Below are positions 23,034 through 36,956 of a stretch of 56,314 bases of DNA, piece by piece (position 1 is the stretch's first letter; each line of letters begins with the position of its first letter). Origin of the DNA: Amoeboaphelidium occidentale (Eukaryota). The DNA lies in contig JALGPX010000100.1 of NCBI GenBank assembly GCA_023515795.1, forward strand, positions 1 to 56,314. Direction: 5' to 3'. Below the pieces are notes generated by a model that saw only the letters and a list, made by a program, of their open reading frames with translations, made no database searches and had not been told where the DNA came from. Both the position numbers and the translations under genes were made by a program.

Positions 23034-25712
23034 TCAATTTAAATCATCAAAAGCGTTCATGCGGGATTCAGCGGTCCATTTGTAGTAATCACTGAAACAA
23101 GTCTTCTTTGCACACATAAAATCAAGGTCTGTGACATCATTCAGATTATTCTTGCTCAATAAAGTAAAATACTCCTTAAGATTCAAGTTTCCATCCACCC
23201 TGTCCACTGGCTTGGAGCAACATTCAACATCGCCAACGACAGCAACACTTCCTGGATGATATTCCGATGGAAACCCGCTGAATTTTTTCACTTTCTCATA
23301 AAAGCTGCTAGCAACATTTGCAGGAAGTAATGCGGCCCGAAGATTCGATAAATCAGTTGTCGTGTTAAACTCCGAAGGATTTTCTTTCACATCATTATCT
23401 CGAGCCGTTTGATCTGACGGAATCATTAATCTGTAAATTTTGTTCAATGCATTCTCATAATCATTACTATTCAACGGATGTGATGAAACGTGATCTTTTA
23501 ATACTTTCCTCAAAGCTTTACTTCTTGTGAGAAAGGCGAAAAGTCTATGATCCTCCTGACTCTTCCTTTTGGGCTTTTCTTTAAACTCAAGCGGGTTGAG
23601 TATAATCTGAGAATAAGAAGAGAAGAAAACATCAGTTTGGGTAATGCTTGAGCTCCACATCGCAAACCCAGTGCGTCCCACTGAGAATATCTTTTCGAAC
23701 GGCCAAGATGTAATCTTGGTTCGATAGTGGCTCAACAAAATGTTGTAACCCGAATCCATAATACTCAGAAGGAGAATATCTAAAGAACGATCCATTCTAG
23801 AGGAGCCCTCACCGATGAACTGAGCGGATGAATGTTGATTCATCTGTGATAAAGCTTGATTTCTGAAGTAAGATCGCATTCCTTCCATAGAATTAGTAAA
23901 GGCATCAGACATCGAATCTCCTTTGGTTTCTAAACTTTTTGTTATTCTACGCAACACATCAATGCCAGTTAAATTTTTGAAAGCAAAATCAATATGTGTT
24001 GAAGCATTCGAAGAAGAAGGCGCCGTTCCAAATTTCTGAAAAGAATCAATTTCCACTAAAATTACACCGACACCTTTCTTGGACAGTATAGTAGCAACTT
24101 TCTCGTTCCCTGTAACAAAAATGACTTTTCTTGATATGGCAGTGTTGTCAATGGCGCAAATATGATCCAAATACAACGGAAATTGATTCTCGTCTTCTGC
24201 ACCATATGTTACTACAACATAGTGACGATATAACGAATATCTTTGTAAAAATAGTTTGAATTCAAAACTATACTCCAAATCTCTTCCTGTAGAAAAACTG
24301 CTTGCGTTCCATCGAAATATCTCTCCCAGATTACTTGGAATCATGCAGGCATCATAACAGTTCAAACTAGATATTGGAGGATAAGCGTACTCTACATCAT
24401 TTTCTTCTACCGCAATCGGCGCATTAATACCCTCGTTTGATTGATAACTTACACCAACATCACGATAACTTGCGCTAAGATATTTTCGAGATTGGAAATT
24501 CACATAAATACTGTACCATCTCTGCTGCTCACAGAATTTGAGAAACCATGGCGTCCAAATCTTATCACCAGCTACTCTGTACCAATTATTGGTGTTCATT
24601 TGAGATTTGCCAATGCCAGTCATGAGCGGTGAATAATCCTTTATAGCTTTTCGTCTATCAAACCACAATCGAAACATTATCCAGTGCTTGGGAAAGAACA
24701 AAGTTCCCCAACTTCCTACACTACCAAACAAAAACGGTTTGTTCCTATTGTACACCTCCACCCATCTTACTTGTCCCTTCTCGTTCAAGCCAACAGATTG
24801 CGCTTGTTTCTGTGTGCTTATACCAAAAACACGATCATCTCGGCCAGTTTTGGAGTAATACCAATATTTTAAACTCCGTTTTAGATATCTATAGAAATAC
24901 TTTGACACAACAATATCATCCTCAACGACATAAGCAAATTCGTTCATCGAAGAAGGAAACCAATTTTCTAGCCATTGCATCTGTAAACCAGCATTTGTAG
25001 ATCTGTAATGAATATTTTTTCTTCCATAAGGCCATTTAAATGTCAAAGTCAAGAATGCCATAATCTTTTGACTTTCAGCTAATGCCCGTTCCCGATTAAG
25101 GTAAATTAGACGATCTGATGATGTCCCATTAACAATATCATCAGGACTCGTCAAGCTTTCTAAGTATAGAGTGTTTATATCCTCATCAGTCAAAGTTGAA
25201 ACGTTGTAACCCCGAAGTTGTAGTTCCTTCTTTGCATATCGCGATGAGCCCAAGTCGATCTTTCTTGAATCCACATGATCAACGAATATGTTCAGATCAA
25301 CTTTATCTGTGTCATAATATGCTTCAGCGAGAGAGGCTAGACATCGCTTAAGTGAATCCAATCGATTATACGCAAGAACATTGATGATGATCCTCGAGCG
25401 CTTGTACTCCCTCAATTCATCATCATCTAAATCCCCGTCCTTCAACAATCGTCCTTCCAAGTCTCCATCAACATGGTAAGAACCTTCAAAGAATTATGAA
25501 AATGTCCACAGTAAGTTCAAACCTTCGACCGGTACTTTTGGTAAACTCTCATAATACAAGGAATCATAAAGATCATCCTCAACAATACCCAGACCAGCCA
25601 GCTGAATCTGATTCCATAACAGATAAAAAGTAGATAACAGTATCAAGGCTGCAATGTGAAACCTGTAATGGCAATGATGTCGAGCTAACAAATGCCCGAC
25701 TTTAGTGAACAT
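23034..25712 (-). CDS. Type II membrane GT-A-fold glycosyltransferase, tandem paralog
   Basis: TM exon joined by intron 25484-25522; LAYNRLDSLKRCLASL, HYRSTNAGLQMQWLENWFPSS, VVEDD, KIWTPWFLKF. Confidence 0.8.
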
Positions 25713-25756
25713 TCAAACAACTTTTAGAAAAGCCAGTTGCTGAGACCAGAGCCGAT

Positions 25757-26464
25757 TTATTTTTCTTTAATTAAAACACCATAACCATATCTTTGCTTCT
25801 TTTGTTTGAAGATATTGGTGAAATCATCGCTTCCTTCTGATGGTTGTGGTTCTTCAATTGAGGAAAAGTGTCTGATGTTTCCTTTGATCATACCAAGATT
25901 TCCTTTAATGCGACTTTTTTGTGGCGTCGACATGAACTTTGGTCCTTTATAATGAACAGCGAATGACTCTTCAATGTCTGTGGCGCGATCTGAAGGTGCT
26001 GAAACTTGATCATCGTCAAACTCTAGCTCCTGCGCATTCATCGCAGCATCAACACTATCCTGTTTCGTATGGGTATCTTCTTTCACGTGAATTATAGGCG
26101 TATTATCATCATCTTCAACGATAAATCTCAATTTCTTTTCGCTTTGACTCTTCTTTGGTGTGCTCTTTCTTAGCGAAGACTTTAGCACTTTTGTCTCTTT
26201 CTGTTTCACAGCAGCCTTCGCTCTAGATGGGGATTTCTTTTGTATTCCATCCTATTCACTTCAGTTACACGTTCAGCTCTCCAAATTTACCTTTACAGCC
26301 TCCGGTTTTCTTGAAACAAGTCCAATCTTGGCATTTGCAAAAGTATTGCGCATAGTCGTTTCAACAATCGAAGAATCCTGACTGATATTCGTTAAATCAT
26401 TTAATGCACGCCTGTTCAGTTTCTGACTTTGTCTGAACTTTGAAAGATAAGTTCTGCGTTTCAT
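25757..26464 (-). CDS. Uncharacterised disordered basic protein with D-box-like RRALNDLTN
   Basis: Two ORFs joined by a gtaaat...aatag intron near 26252-26290. Confidence 0.45.
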
Positions 26465-26536
26465 GGCGTGAAATCGAGCAAGCGATTGAAACAAAGACAA
26501 AGTTTATTGCGAATATTTTAAACAGTTTGAGGCGCA

Positions 26537-26824
26537 TTACAATATGATACTCAGCCTGAATGTATCAATACGAAGCTTAGAAAACTTGACACAATCACGC
26601 CAGGTATTATCATGAAAAGCACCACAGGAACACTCGTCGACAAGTATCGCTTGCTTGGGAACAGATCATGTAACGCATGTCCTTCATCAACGAACGGCTA
26701 CATCGTATAAATCCCATAATTAAAATGTTGAACTTACCATCACAAGTAACCATATGGAATAATAAGTAAAAAGCAAAGTGCTAGTAAATATAATCAGTGA
26801 ACCCAACTGAGAATCTTTAAGCAT
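26537..26824 (-). CDS. DPM2: Dolichol-phosphate mannose synthase regulatory subunit DPM2
   Basis: Not in the ORF track. Spliced manual translation MLKDSQLGSLIIFTSTLLFTYYSIWLLVM/PFVDEGHALHDLFP matches the DPM2 FTYY..W....PF.D..H..H..F pattern. Confidence 0.85.
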
Positions 26825-27001
26825 TTTCCAAGCAAAAATTAAAAATTAAAGAAAAATGGAAACGTCACTTTTGGTAAAAAAAAGCTTCTAAAGAGTAACT
26901 TTCCGGATTGACTGAATCAGCATCTGCTCAATTTCTTCTGGTTCAACAAAAACTACTCTAACAGCAGCGGTTTCTTAAAACTTGCTTCTATTAAACAGAA
27001 A

Positions 27002-29538
27002 ATGATACCGCAAACCGGAAATAATTCAATGGCTGCAACTCAGAATGAAGTTTGGGTCTTCTTGGAGCCTCGTTTGAATGATATAATGCTGAATCTGGAC
27101 AAGGGCCTGACAGTTGCGAGATGGATGGAAATCTACACTGGCATTTACAATTACTGTACATCGTCTGCTAATCAGACTGTTGCCTCAACTTTGAATACGA
27201 ATTCCAGCAGAGGTTTGTTTTAACTGTCTGTAGTAGAATGTCTCATTTCTTAGGTGCATCTTTAATGGGTGGCTTTCTCTATGATTCTTTGACTGCATAC
27301 TTGAAGCAATATCTTTTGAAGGTAAAAGAACGATGGGAGAAACTGGCTGGTTCAACGCCGGAGGAGCATTTGTCATTTTACTCAAAGGAGTGGAACAGTT
27401 TCACGCAAGCTTCGGGTTATGTAAATCACTTGTTTCGATACTTAAACAGGCACTGGGTCAAGAGAGAATTAGACGAGGGGCATCGTAGTGTTTATGAAGT
27501 TTATACACTTTGCTTGGTTTGCTGGCGTGATCATTTCTTTATGAGTGCACATACAAACTTGATTGATTGTATCAAGCAAGTTATTGTAAAGCACAGAAAT
27601 GGTGAAGTGGTTGATACATTCTTGTTGAAGAATATCACTTCTTCTTATATCATGCTTGGTATTGATGAAGCTGATCCTTCAAGAAAGACATTGGACAGTT
27701 ACAAGAAGTACTTTGAAGAACCATTCATTCAGGGCACTCGGACTTATTATCAACATGAAAGCGACTCTTTTCTACAGAACAACTCTGTTGTTGACTATAT
27801 GGTTAAGGCAGAGAAGCGTTTGAAGGAGGAAGAATCACGTGTAGCATTGTATTTGGATGAAAGCACCATGCAATCTTTGGTTAAATGCACAGAAGACTGT
27901 TTAATTGCAGCTCACTCTACTGTCATTATTGAAGAATTTTCAAATTTGTTCTTTCATCAGAAGATTGAGGATTTGGCTCGCTTGTTCTCGTTACTGAACA
28001 GGATTCCGAATGGTTTAGACGAACCTAAAAGAGTTTTCGAAGATAAAGTAAAGCAAGAGGGTTTAAAGGCTTTGAAAACTCTTGCTTCTTCATCTTCAAA
28101 TGATCTTGACCCTAAATCTTACATTGATTGCATTTTGTATGTTTACAAGAATTATGCCAACATGGTGACAAGCGCTTTTTCTGGTGACGCTGGATTTCAT
28201 GGTTCTTTGGACAAGGCTTGTAGAGACTTCATGAACAGAAATGATGCTTGCAAAGATTCAACAAAAAGTCCAGAACTGTTGGCAAAGTATGTGGATTCTT
28301 TGTTGAAGAAGAGTGGCGCTAAAGTTGCATCATCCTCAGCGCAACAAACAGGAGAATCTAATAATGCTTCAGCTCCACAAGGTGCAGCCGACTCACAAGC
28401 TGAAGTTGAGAATGCATTGACTAATGCGATGATTGTGTTCCGTTACTTGGAGGATAAGGATGTATTCCAGAAGTTCTACTCTCGAAACTTGTCTAAACGT
28501 TTAGTTTATGATTCTTCATTATCTGAGGAAATGGAAGAGTCTATGATTAACAGACTCAAGGAAGCTTGCGGTTTCGAGTATACTCACAAACTTTCCAAGA
28601 TGTTCACTGATATGTCCTTGTCTAAAGATTTGAATGACAAATTCAAACAAGCTGTTAATGATTCAGAATCGAAATCAGTTGATTTCTACATTAAAATCCT
28701 CACCACGGGTGCGTGGCCACTACAACCACCATCATCTCCATTCCATTTACCTGTTAGTTTGGAAAAGTTGTACACTCGTTTCCAAGCATTCTATGGCAAT
28801 CAGTATTCTGGTCGTAAACTTAGTTGGTTATTCCATTTGTCTGACGGAGAATTAAAAGCAAATTACATGAAGGGGCCAACTGGAAAGACCAAAATGCCAA
28901 TTATTCTAAGTGTTTATGCTTACACTATGGGTATTCTATTGGCTTACAATGACCAACTCAGTTTGAGTGGATTAGAACTGCAAAAGATTACAGGCCTGAA
29001 TGATGAATCGTTAATCGGGCACTTGGCTATACTGACAAGAGCAAGAATTTTATTAATTGAAGGAGCAACAGATTCTAACAAGAATGCAAAAGAGGGTTCA
29101 AACGAAGATTTACCAACTGCAGCAGCAGGAGTTTCATCAGGAGAAGACAGTCTTTCTTTAGACAAGACTTTCCAATTGAACTTGAACTTCAAATCAAAAA
29201 GAGCCAGAATCAATCTGAAAATGGCAATTAAATCCGAACAGAAGCAAGAATCAGATGATACTCACAAGACCATTGAAGAAGATAGAAAATTATTGATTCA
29301 AGCTGCAATCGTTAGAATAATGAAGACAAGAAAACAATTGAAACATGCACTATTGGTCCAAGAAGTAATTACACAACTACAGTCCCGATTCAAACCCAAG
29401 ATCCCCGACATCAAAAAGGTAATACGATGTAATAGTTTTGTTTTAACTTTTGTTTGTTAGTGTGTGGATATTCTGATGGAAAAAGAATACTTGGAACGAG
29501 TTGAAGGAGAAAAGGATGTGTACAATTACTTGGCATGA
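27002..29538 (+). CDS. CUL1: Cullin-1 (Cdc53)
   Basis: YTGIYNYCT, YLNRHWVKRE, KSPELLAKY, DKDVFQKFY, neddylation region IQAAIVRIMKTRK, last exon ...YNYLA; two introns. Confidence 0.95.
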
Positions 29539-29578
29539 GAAGAAAAACGAGATAATAATAAAAAAACAATTGGGCAAT

Positions 29579-30036
29579 TTATTGAACAGATAAATCTTTG
29601 CTCAGAGACTCAATGTGGTACTCTACAGCCTCCAATTCGTCCATCAATGAGAGCTATACCAAAAAAAGGGTTAGAACACCAGCTAGCTAGCTAGCTAGCT
29701 AGCCAGCCAAGATATACTTACGTGTTTGTGTTGATACCATTCAGCAAACTGTTTTGCAGTCTGTTCATTAGTAATCTTCAATTGTTGCAACAACGCATAG
29801 ACTTTATCTTGCTTTTGCATTGTATTAATGTGACAAGATTTAATTGACGCGACCAATTCATTTATTGCACCTGTAGTAGACTTGAAACATTGTTGCGATG
29901 CCTCTTTTAATTTCGATTCAGTTGCGTAATGCTCCTGGCGCAACTTGTCTACATCAATTACAGAGAAAAGAAGAGCGTTTTCCCCATTACCGTTTATCAA
30001 TACTACGATCGTGTCGACAGTGTTGTTTTTGTTCAT
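29579..30036 (-). CDS. Small coiled-coil protein, possibly BLOC-1 subunit 1 (GCN5L1)-like
   Basis: Spliced ~120 aa helical protein; last exon LSLMDELEAVEYHIESLSK. Confidence 0.4.
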
Positions 30037-30074
30037 TTTCGAAACAAATCAAATCAAATCAATCACCAACATCT

Positions 30075-31779
30075 TTATTTGCGCATCACTCGAATCTTTC
30101 CCAAGATCTTCTCCCTCTTCTTTACCAACTCTTCGTCATCGTCATCATCCTTATTCTTCTTCTTTGCTTTTAGAAGATAATCTATACAACACAATGAAAC
30201 TGCTAAATCACCTTTTTCAGAGTCCGAATATGCTAGTGCAGTCTCAAACATTTTCCCACTTTCCTGATTATTAGTCAAATGATAAACTATCCCCAGTAGA
30301 CAAAGACAGATGGATTTCAAATTATTCATATATACCATCACATCAGCATCACTGCAGGAACAAGAATTGGAAACAGTCTGCTTTAGAGCATTCAATAAAT
30401 GAAACCTACAACGTTTTAAAATCACTACAACAAAACATTAAAACTTACTTTGTCTTTTGATACTTCTCTTCAATCATGTAGTACAATGCCATTGTGATAC
30501 TCTTGCAAACGAAATCATAAACAGATAATATGGAGTCTGTTTTTTCCATCAATCCAGCGGTGAGATTAAGTTGCATAAACTCCTTTACCAGCGCATCATT
30601 CAACACAGCAACTGAATCAGATTCAGAATTAGAGATATTCTCCTTCATTTCACTACCATTCTCTTTTTTTAAAACATGAAGTAAACACTTTGAAAAGACA
30701 TACACTAACAGAACATCTTCATACTTTTTCTCTGTCTGATCCAACAACAACAACAATTCCTCTAATCCTTTAAAATAATCCTTTCCATAATCTAAATAGA
30801 ATCTCTGTTTAAACATCAACTCCATCAATTCAGAATTAACATTAACATTAACATTAACATCATCATCAGAAGAAGAAGAAGAAGAAGAAGAAGAAGAAGA
30901 ACATAATTCTCTGTTAAACTGTAATAAACCCAAATGGAACAACTCAACCTCCTCAAAAGAATCTTCATCAACAATACCTTGTGCCATCTTTAACCAATAG
31001 GAATACTGTTTTAATAATCCAAATTCTTTACAAACACTTAAGCGAATGTTTAAACTGAAGTGAAACAGAGATAATTCCAATTGATTCAAATCTTTAAGAG
31101 AAGGACTTGACCATGATGAATAATCATAATAATCTTCCATTTTTAGAAGTTTCATAAATAATTCCTTGTCTTCTTCTTCTTTTAAAGATTTCTTACAGTA
31201 ATTTTTGTATAAATAACTCAACATTAATCCATCTCTAATAAACTCAATTTCTTTTTTAACAACAACAACAACAACAACAACAACACTCATCATCTTCTCA
31301 TACATCTTTTTCACAGAACTCCCATTGAAGTAACATTCTACTAAAAACAATAGTAATGAATCTTCCTCCTTTAACAACAACAATAAATTCCTTATTACTT
31401 TGAAACATTGTTTTCTAGCCAATTGATATTTACCCCATTTCATATAAATTAGAAGAGTTAATAATAACAGAGACCAATCATCTTTAGGAAGAATATCAAT
31501 CATACTCAGACATTCAGAATATTGCTGAGCCAAAAATAACAATTCTACTTTATCCCTTGGAGATATTTGAAAGTCTTCCTTCTTGTCGTTATAGTTATCA
31601 TCATCAATCACTTGTAATAATGCTTTGGAGTATTTTACTACTTTATCTGTTTGATTCTTCTTTAGAGAGAAATGAATCTGTTGTTTCAAGTATTTAATTA
31701 TTTTTTCATTGTTTATTGTTTTAAGAGGATTATTGTTGTTGTTGTTCTGTTGTTGTTGTTGTTGTTGTTTCGTCTTCAT
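30075..31779 (-). CDS. Uncharacterised helical (TPR-like) protein with homopolymer tracts
   Basis: Long ORF from ATG 31779 with poly-Q/N/V/S/L tracts; the join to the 30075-30425 ORF is not resolved. Confidence 0.4.
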
Positions 31780-32166
31780 TTCAAAGAAAGAAGAGGATGT
31801 TGTTTCAATTGTTGTTTCAATTGTTTTTACCAATCACACCAATCACTCTTCCTCTACTTCAGATTCCTCTTCTTCATCATCTTCTTCTTCTTCTTCTTCT
31901 TCTTCTTCTTCCTCTGATGATGATGATGATAACTCCAACAATTTAACATCCAATCTCATTGACTGAAACATCTTCTTTACTGTCCATTTAACATTTCCTC
32001 CTCCTCCTACTCCTTCTGCATTAGAGTGACTCATCTCTTTAATATACTTAAATAATTTATCAGATGCTTCTTCTGCTACTGAACGCCATTGTGTAGNCTT
32101 CATTTCAAAGAAAGAAGAGGATGTTGTTTCAATTGTTGTTTCAATTGTTTTTACCAATCACACCAA

Positions 32167-32736
32167 TCACTCTTCCTCTACTTCAGATTCATCTTCTTCT
32201 TCTTCCTCCTCCTCTGATGATGATGATAACTCCAACAATTTAACATCCAATCTCATTGACTGAAACATCTTCTTTACTGTCCATTTAACATTTCCTCCTC
32301 CTCCTCCTCCTACTCCTTCTGCATTAGAGTGACTCATCTCTTTAATATACTTAAATAATTTATCAGATGCTTCTTCTGCTACTGAACGCCATTGTGTAGT
32401 GCATGATTCAAGTGTTTGTTGTGCTCTGTACTTTTTCAAGAGTTTCAGTGTTCTTGTAGTGTCTTGTAGTTTCAGTAAAGGTTTCTTGTAAGGGAAATTA
32501 GTAGAAGTATATCGTTTTCTCTTATTTTTATTGTAGTTTAAAGGTTTAGTGTTTTCTTTTTCTTTAGAAGTGGTGGAAGTGGTGGAAGTGGTGGAAGGAT
32601 CGTATGGTAAATAGTACACAGTTTCATCATCTTGTTTTAATTGTTTAAAAATAGATTCGTTCTCTTCTTTTGGTAGTAGTACAAGGAATGGCTCATTAAG
32701 TATTAGTTGACTGCAATTTTCTTTTAAAGATTTCAT
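32167..32736 (-). CDS. Mei5/Sfr1 (SFR1)-like recombination mediator
   Basis: LKLLKKYRAQ...LE...QWRSVAEEASDKLF and WTVKKMFQSMRLDVKLL; partial duplicates at 31843-32096 and 32977-33414 are probably haplotype copies. Confidence 0.7.
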   Translation of the reverse strand: MKSLKENCSQLILNEPFLVLLPKEENESIFKQLKQDDETVYYLPYDPSTTSTTSTTSKEKENTKPLNYNKNKRKRYTSTNFPYKKPLLKLQDTTRTLKLLKKYRAQQTLESCTTQWRSVAEEASDKLFKYIKEMSHSNAEGVGGGGGGNVKWTVKKMFQSMRLDVKLLELSSSSEEEEEEEDESEVEEE

Positions 32737-33731
32737 TATATGTGATTCGTTTTGAAGAAATTATTTGTGTGGAGAAACAACTAAATTGAAAATGAAAATG
32801 ATTATGATTATGATTATGATTATTTCAAAACAGTTAGGCAACAACGCACTAAAGGAAAGGAAACGATTAAAGGGATGATGAATAGAATCTAATCCAAAAT
32901 GCGAAATCTTAAAATCGCGGTTTCAACTACGCAGATACTTAAAAACATGTAGAAACAAGTAGGACTGCATGCAACNTCCTCCTCCTCCTACTCCTTCTGC
33001 ATTAGAGTGACTCATCTCTTTAATATACTTAAATAATTTATCAGATGCTTCTTCTGCTACTGAACGCCATTGTGTAGTGCATGATTCAAGTGTTTGTTGT
33101 GCTCTGTACTTTTTCAAGAGTTTCAGTGTTCTTGTAGTGTCTTGTAGTTTCAGTAAAGGTTTCTTGTAAGGGAAATTAGTAGAAGTATATCGTTTTCTCT
33201 TATTTTTATTGTAGTTTAAAGGTTTAGTGTTTTCTTTTTCTTTAGAAGTGGTGGAAGTGGTGGAAGTGGTGGAAGGATCGTATGGTAAATAGTACACAGT
33301 TTCATCATCTTGTTTTAATTGTTTAAAAATAGATTCGTTCTCTTCTTTTGGTAGTAGTACAAGGAATGGCTCATTAAGTATTAGTTGACTGCAATTTTCT
33401 TTTAAAGATTTCATTATATGTGATTCGTTTTGAAGAAATTATTTGTGTGGAGAAACAACTAAATTGAAAATGAAAATGAAAATGATTATGATTATGATTT
33501 TTATTTCAAAACAGTTAGGCAACAACGCACTAAAGGAAAGGAAACGATTAAAGGGATGATGAATAGAATCTAATCCAAAATGCGAAATCTTAAAATCGCG
33601 GTTTCAACTACGCAGATACTTAAAAACATGTAGAAACAAGTAGGACTGCATGCAACCGGTAATGGAGTTTCACATGATGATACAAGTTGGTTCAAACAGC
33701 CACAAACTTATTGGAATAAAAAGATTATTTA

Positions 33732-36700
33732 TTACTCAACAATTACAATCTCATCATCATCATCTTCTTCTTCTTCTTCTCCTTCTTGATCTACACTTGC
33801 ATTACCATCTCCACCATTCTGATTCTCTGTATTGCCATTTTTCTTCTGCTTTTCTCGTTCTTCTTGGTATTGCTTCTCATAGTGATCAAATAGACTGGAT
33901 ATCATTGCTCTCTTCTCTCTAACAACATCATGCGTAAATAGTTTCTCCACCGAAACAGTCGGTGCAGTGCTTGAAGTTGAGCTTGTTGATTTCCTGCCTG
34001 ATGTACTCATGGCCAATTGTTTTGCCATTGTTTTTGGATCTTTAAGGAATTCTTCAATATATTGCAGAACGTAAACACCACAATCATAATGATTAGGTTG
34101 TCTAGGGACCTTTAAATGTTAGAATCAATGTTGGAACAGTAACAATTACTTTTGCGTTGACTCCGGAGATTACTGTGTGACTGACTTGAGAATCATATCG
34201 TTGCTTGATTTCATGTACAAGATAGTCTTTCAGTGCTCTGGAAACATGATTTCGACTACTACCAAGAGAATCCATAACAAGAACAAAAGGTCGATCATCC
34301 CAAGGATCACCCAAATCTTGTTTAGAAGGTTTTCCAGTAGCAGAAGACGTAGAAGTAGGATTATCAACTAGCACAACTTCATCTTCTTCTTCTGCAACTT
34401 CTTTCTCTACACTTTTCGGCCTCTCACTCAAATCTATAAAATCACTCTGAGTATCTGTCCTTTGCAATTTCTTTGGTCTAGGATTCTTTCTTGATTTTGC
34501 AGTCCTTGCATAAGTCTTTATAGGAATACTATTGCTATTACTAGAATTACTTATTGTTCTCTTTCTGCTTTTACTACTAATGTCAATCTGTCCAGGAAAC
34601 ATATCCTTAAAATCATCATCATCACCACCACCATCCCCTTCTTCTCTGTTGCCGTTATTTCCATTAACTGATGAATCTAATCCTTTATCTGCTTCCTCAA
34701 CAACAGCAACTTTTGTATGAACAATTTCTTCATCTCCAGACAGAATAATTTCATTCTTGTCCTTCTCAATCTCAATACTGGAATCTGAATTCAGAGCAGA
34801 AGTCAAAGGCGAAGATGATAACCATGATTTGCTGCTTTTAAGAGCATTCCTCTTCGTTTCCTTCAAATTAACTGATCTGATTTTTGTATCTTCTTCCATC
34901 AGCCTGTTATCAATTATACTTTTCAAGTTCTGATTTTGAATAGATGCTTCAATCTTGGACTGCAATTTATAATCAGCACTCAAATAATTCCGATTCTCAG
35001 TTTTCCGTACAACTTTAGGTTTTTCAACAGCAACAACAGGAGCCTCGTCTTCTTCTTCTTCAACAACAACATCTTTACCACTTCCTGTTACCTCCGCATA
35101 TTTACACAGCCGTTGAGGATAGCATATTATAGATACATACCAATGCGCAGACTCATGAACTGGTACAATAATGAAATCATACTGAAACGGATCTAAATTC
35201 CGAGTCCATCGTTGCAATGACTGTGAATTCGGATTGAATTTCTTTCCATTATTACTACCTTGACACAGAACTTTAAAAAAGAATGAATTACAAAGATGAA
35301 TTTTAGGTTTTTCTTCTTGTTCTTGTTGCAGTGGTAAATACTTCTCTTCCATCAAATACCTCAAATAAAAATCAATAATTGCATCTGAAAGAAACATCCC
35401 ATCCTGCAATCTATACCTATCATCAGTACTTAAACCAATAGTATTCTTCTTCAAAAACAGAGGATAAGTAAACAATAAGCGATAAGGTTCCTTTTCCTTT
35501 GCCGGAATCACAGCCCCATCTCTTCTACTCGCACTGTTTCTTCGATCATTAGTTGTAGCAACAGAATCCCCTACTAAATCCACTTCCTCCGTCGTAGTTG
35601 TAGTCTTTTTATCAGATATCTTTCCAATAGTTTCAAATTTGAATCGAGACACAGATGATGATGAATTACCCTTAATTGCCAATCTATCACTTATCCTTCT
35701 TGCATTAGAACCAAACCCATCATAGTAGTTGTACTTGTTACCATTACCATTACCATTACCATTACCATTCCGTAATTCTTCTGTACTCAACCTCCTAGCC
35801 AACTCTTCATCCTTCTGTATAGATGTTGAATTGCGAGCATAAAATGTATTAGCATTACTACCACTACCTCTACCACTATTAATACTATTCCTTCTAGCAT
35901 TCTTATCACAATCCATAATAAGTTGATCAGCAAGTAAAACATCTCTAATAGGTTTCACCACTCTACTATTATTCTTTGCTGTAGCAGATGAGAAATGCTG
36001 TGATTCAAAGGGAGTATCTACTACTACAGTTGAAGTATACTTCTTTTTCAATTCATCCACTTTAACAGAAGTTAAAGAATGAAAAGATTCTATAACTTCT
36101 ACATTAATTTCACACAATTCCTCAATCCTTTCCTTCAATTCATCCAAACTCCCTACTCCCCCTACTCCATCTGAAGCAGCATTACAATCAAAAGAAAGTA
36201 AAGCCATAACATCTGATGCTCTGTAATTTTTTATAGTAAAAGAAGTATTCTTAATATCCACTGGAATGGATAATCTGACTTCTGTGTTATTTAATAATTG
36301 TAAAGAAGCATCATTAGAAATTAATGCTTCAATTAGACAAGTCATTCTACTACTACTACCACTACCACTACCACTACCACTACTATTTTGTGAGTTGTAG
36401 TAGTAATGCATCAATTTAATAGTTTCCTTTCTAATTTCCAATTGTAGAAATTCNCTTCTGTGTTATTTAATAATTGTAAAGAAGCATCATTAGAAATTAA
36501 TGCTTCAATTAGACAAGTCATTCTACTACCACTACCAGTACCACTACTACCACTACCACTACCACTACTATTTTGTGAGTTGTAGTAGTAATGCATCAAT
36601 TTAATAGTTTCCTTTCTAATTTCCAATTGTAGAAATTCTTCATGTGAACCATCATCATCTGAATCATCAGTATAAGAGGGAATATCAACAGGTTCATTCT

Positions 36701-36956
36701 TGTAAAATACACTCTTTACATTCAATTTAATCAAAAAACTCAAAGGAGAAGATTTTGATTTTAAATTAAGTAAAGGAGTATCACCATTAATTGTATTAAT
36801 TGGTCTAATTCCACTCTTTAAAGACAATCTCTTTCTTCTTATTCCACCACCATTACCATTACCATTACCATTACCATTACCTTTTAGATCAAAATTGAGT
36901 TTCTGTCCTTGTGGTAATTTAATAGAATCATCCTGTAAAATAGTTTTATTATTCAT
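33732..36956 (-). CDS. Ulp2/SENP6-7-type SUMO protease (peptidase C48)
   Basis: FLSDAIIDFYLRYL, catalytic H (ESAHWY), D (VMDSLG), C (QPNHYDCGVY after intron ~34110-34149); large insertion in the catalytic domain; gap duplication near 36454. Confidence 0.88.

Noticed and set aside
31672..31966. Poly-F/C/S antisense ORFs and other short overlapping ORFs in the track
   Set aside because: Shadow frames of real genes or of microsatellites.
31773..33655. Apparent triplication of the Mei5/Sfr1-like gene
   Set aside because: Copies are bounded by single Ns and differ only in microsatellite length; most simply two alleles.
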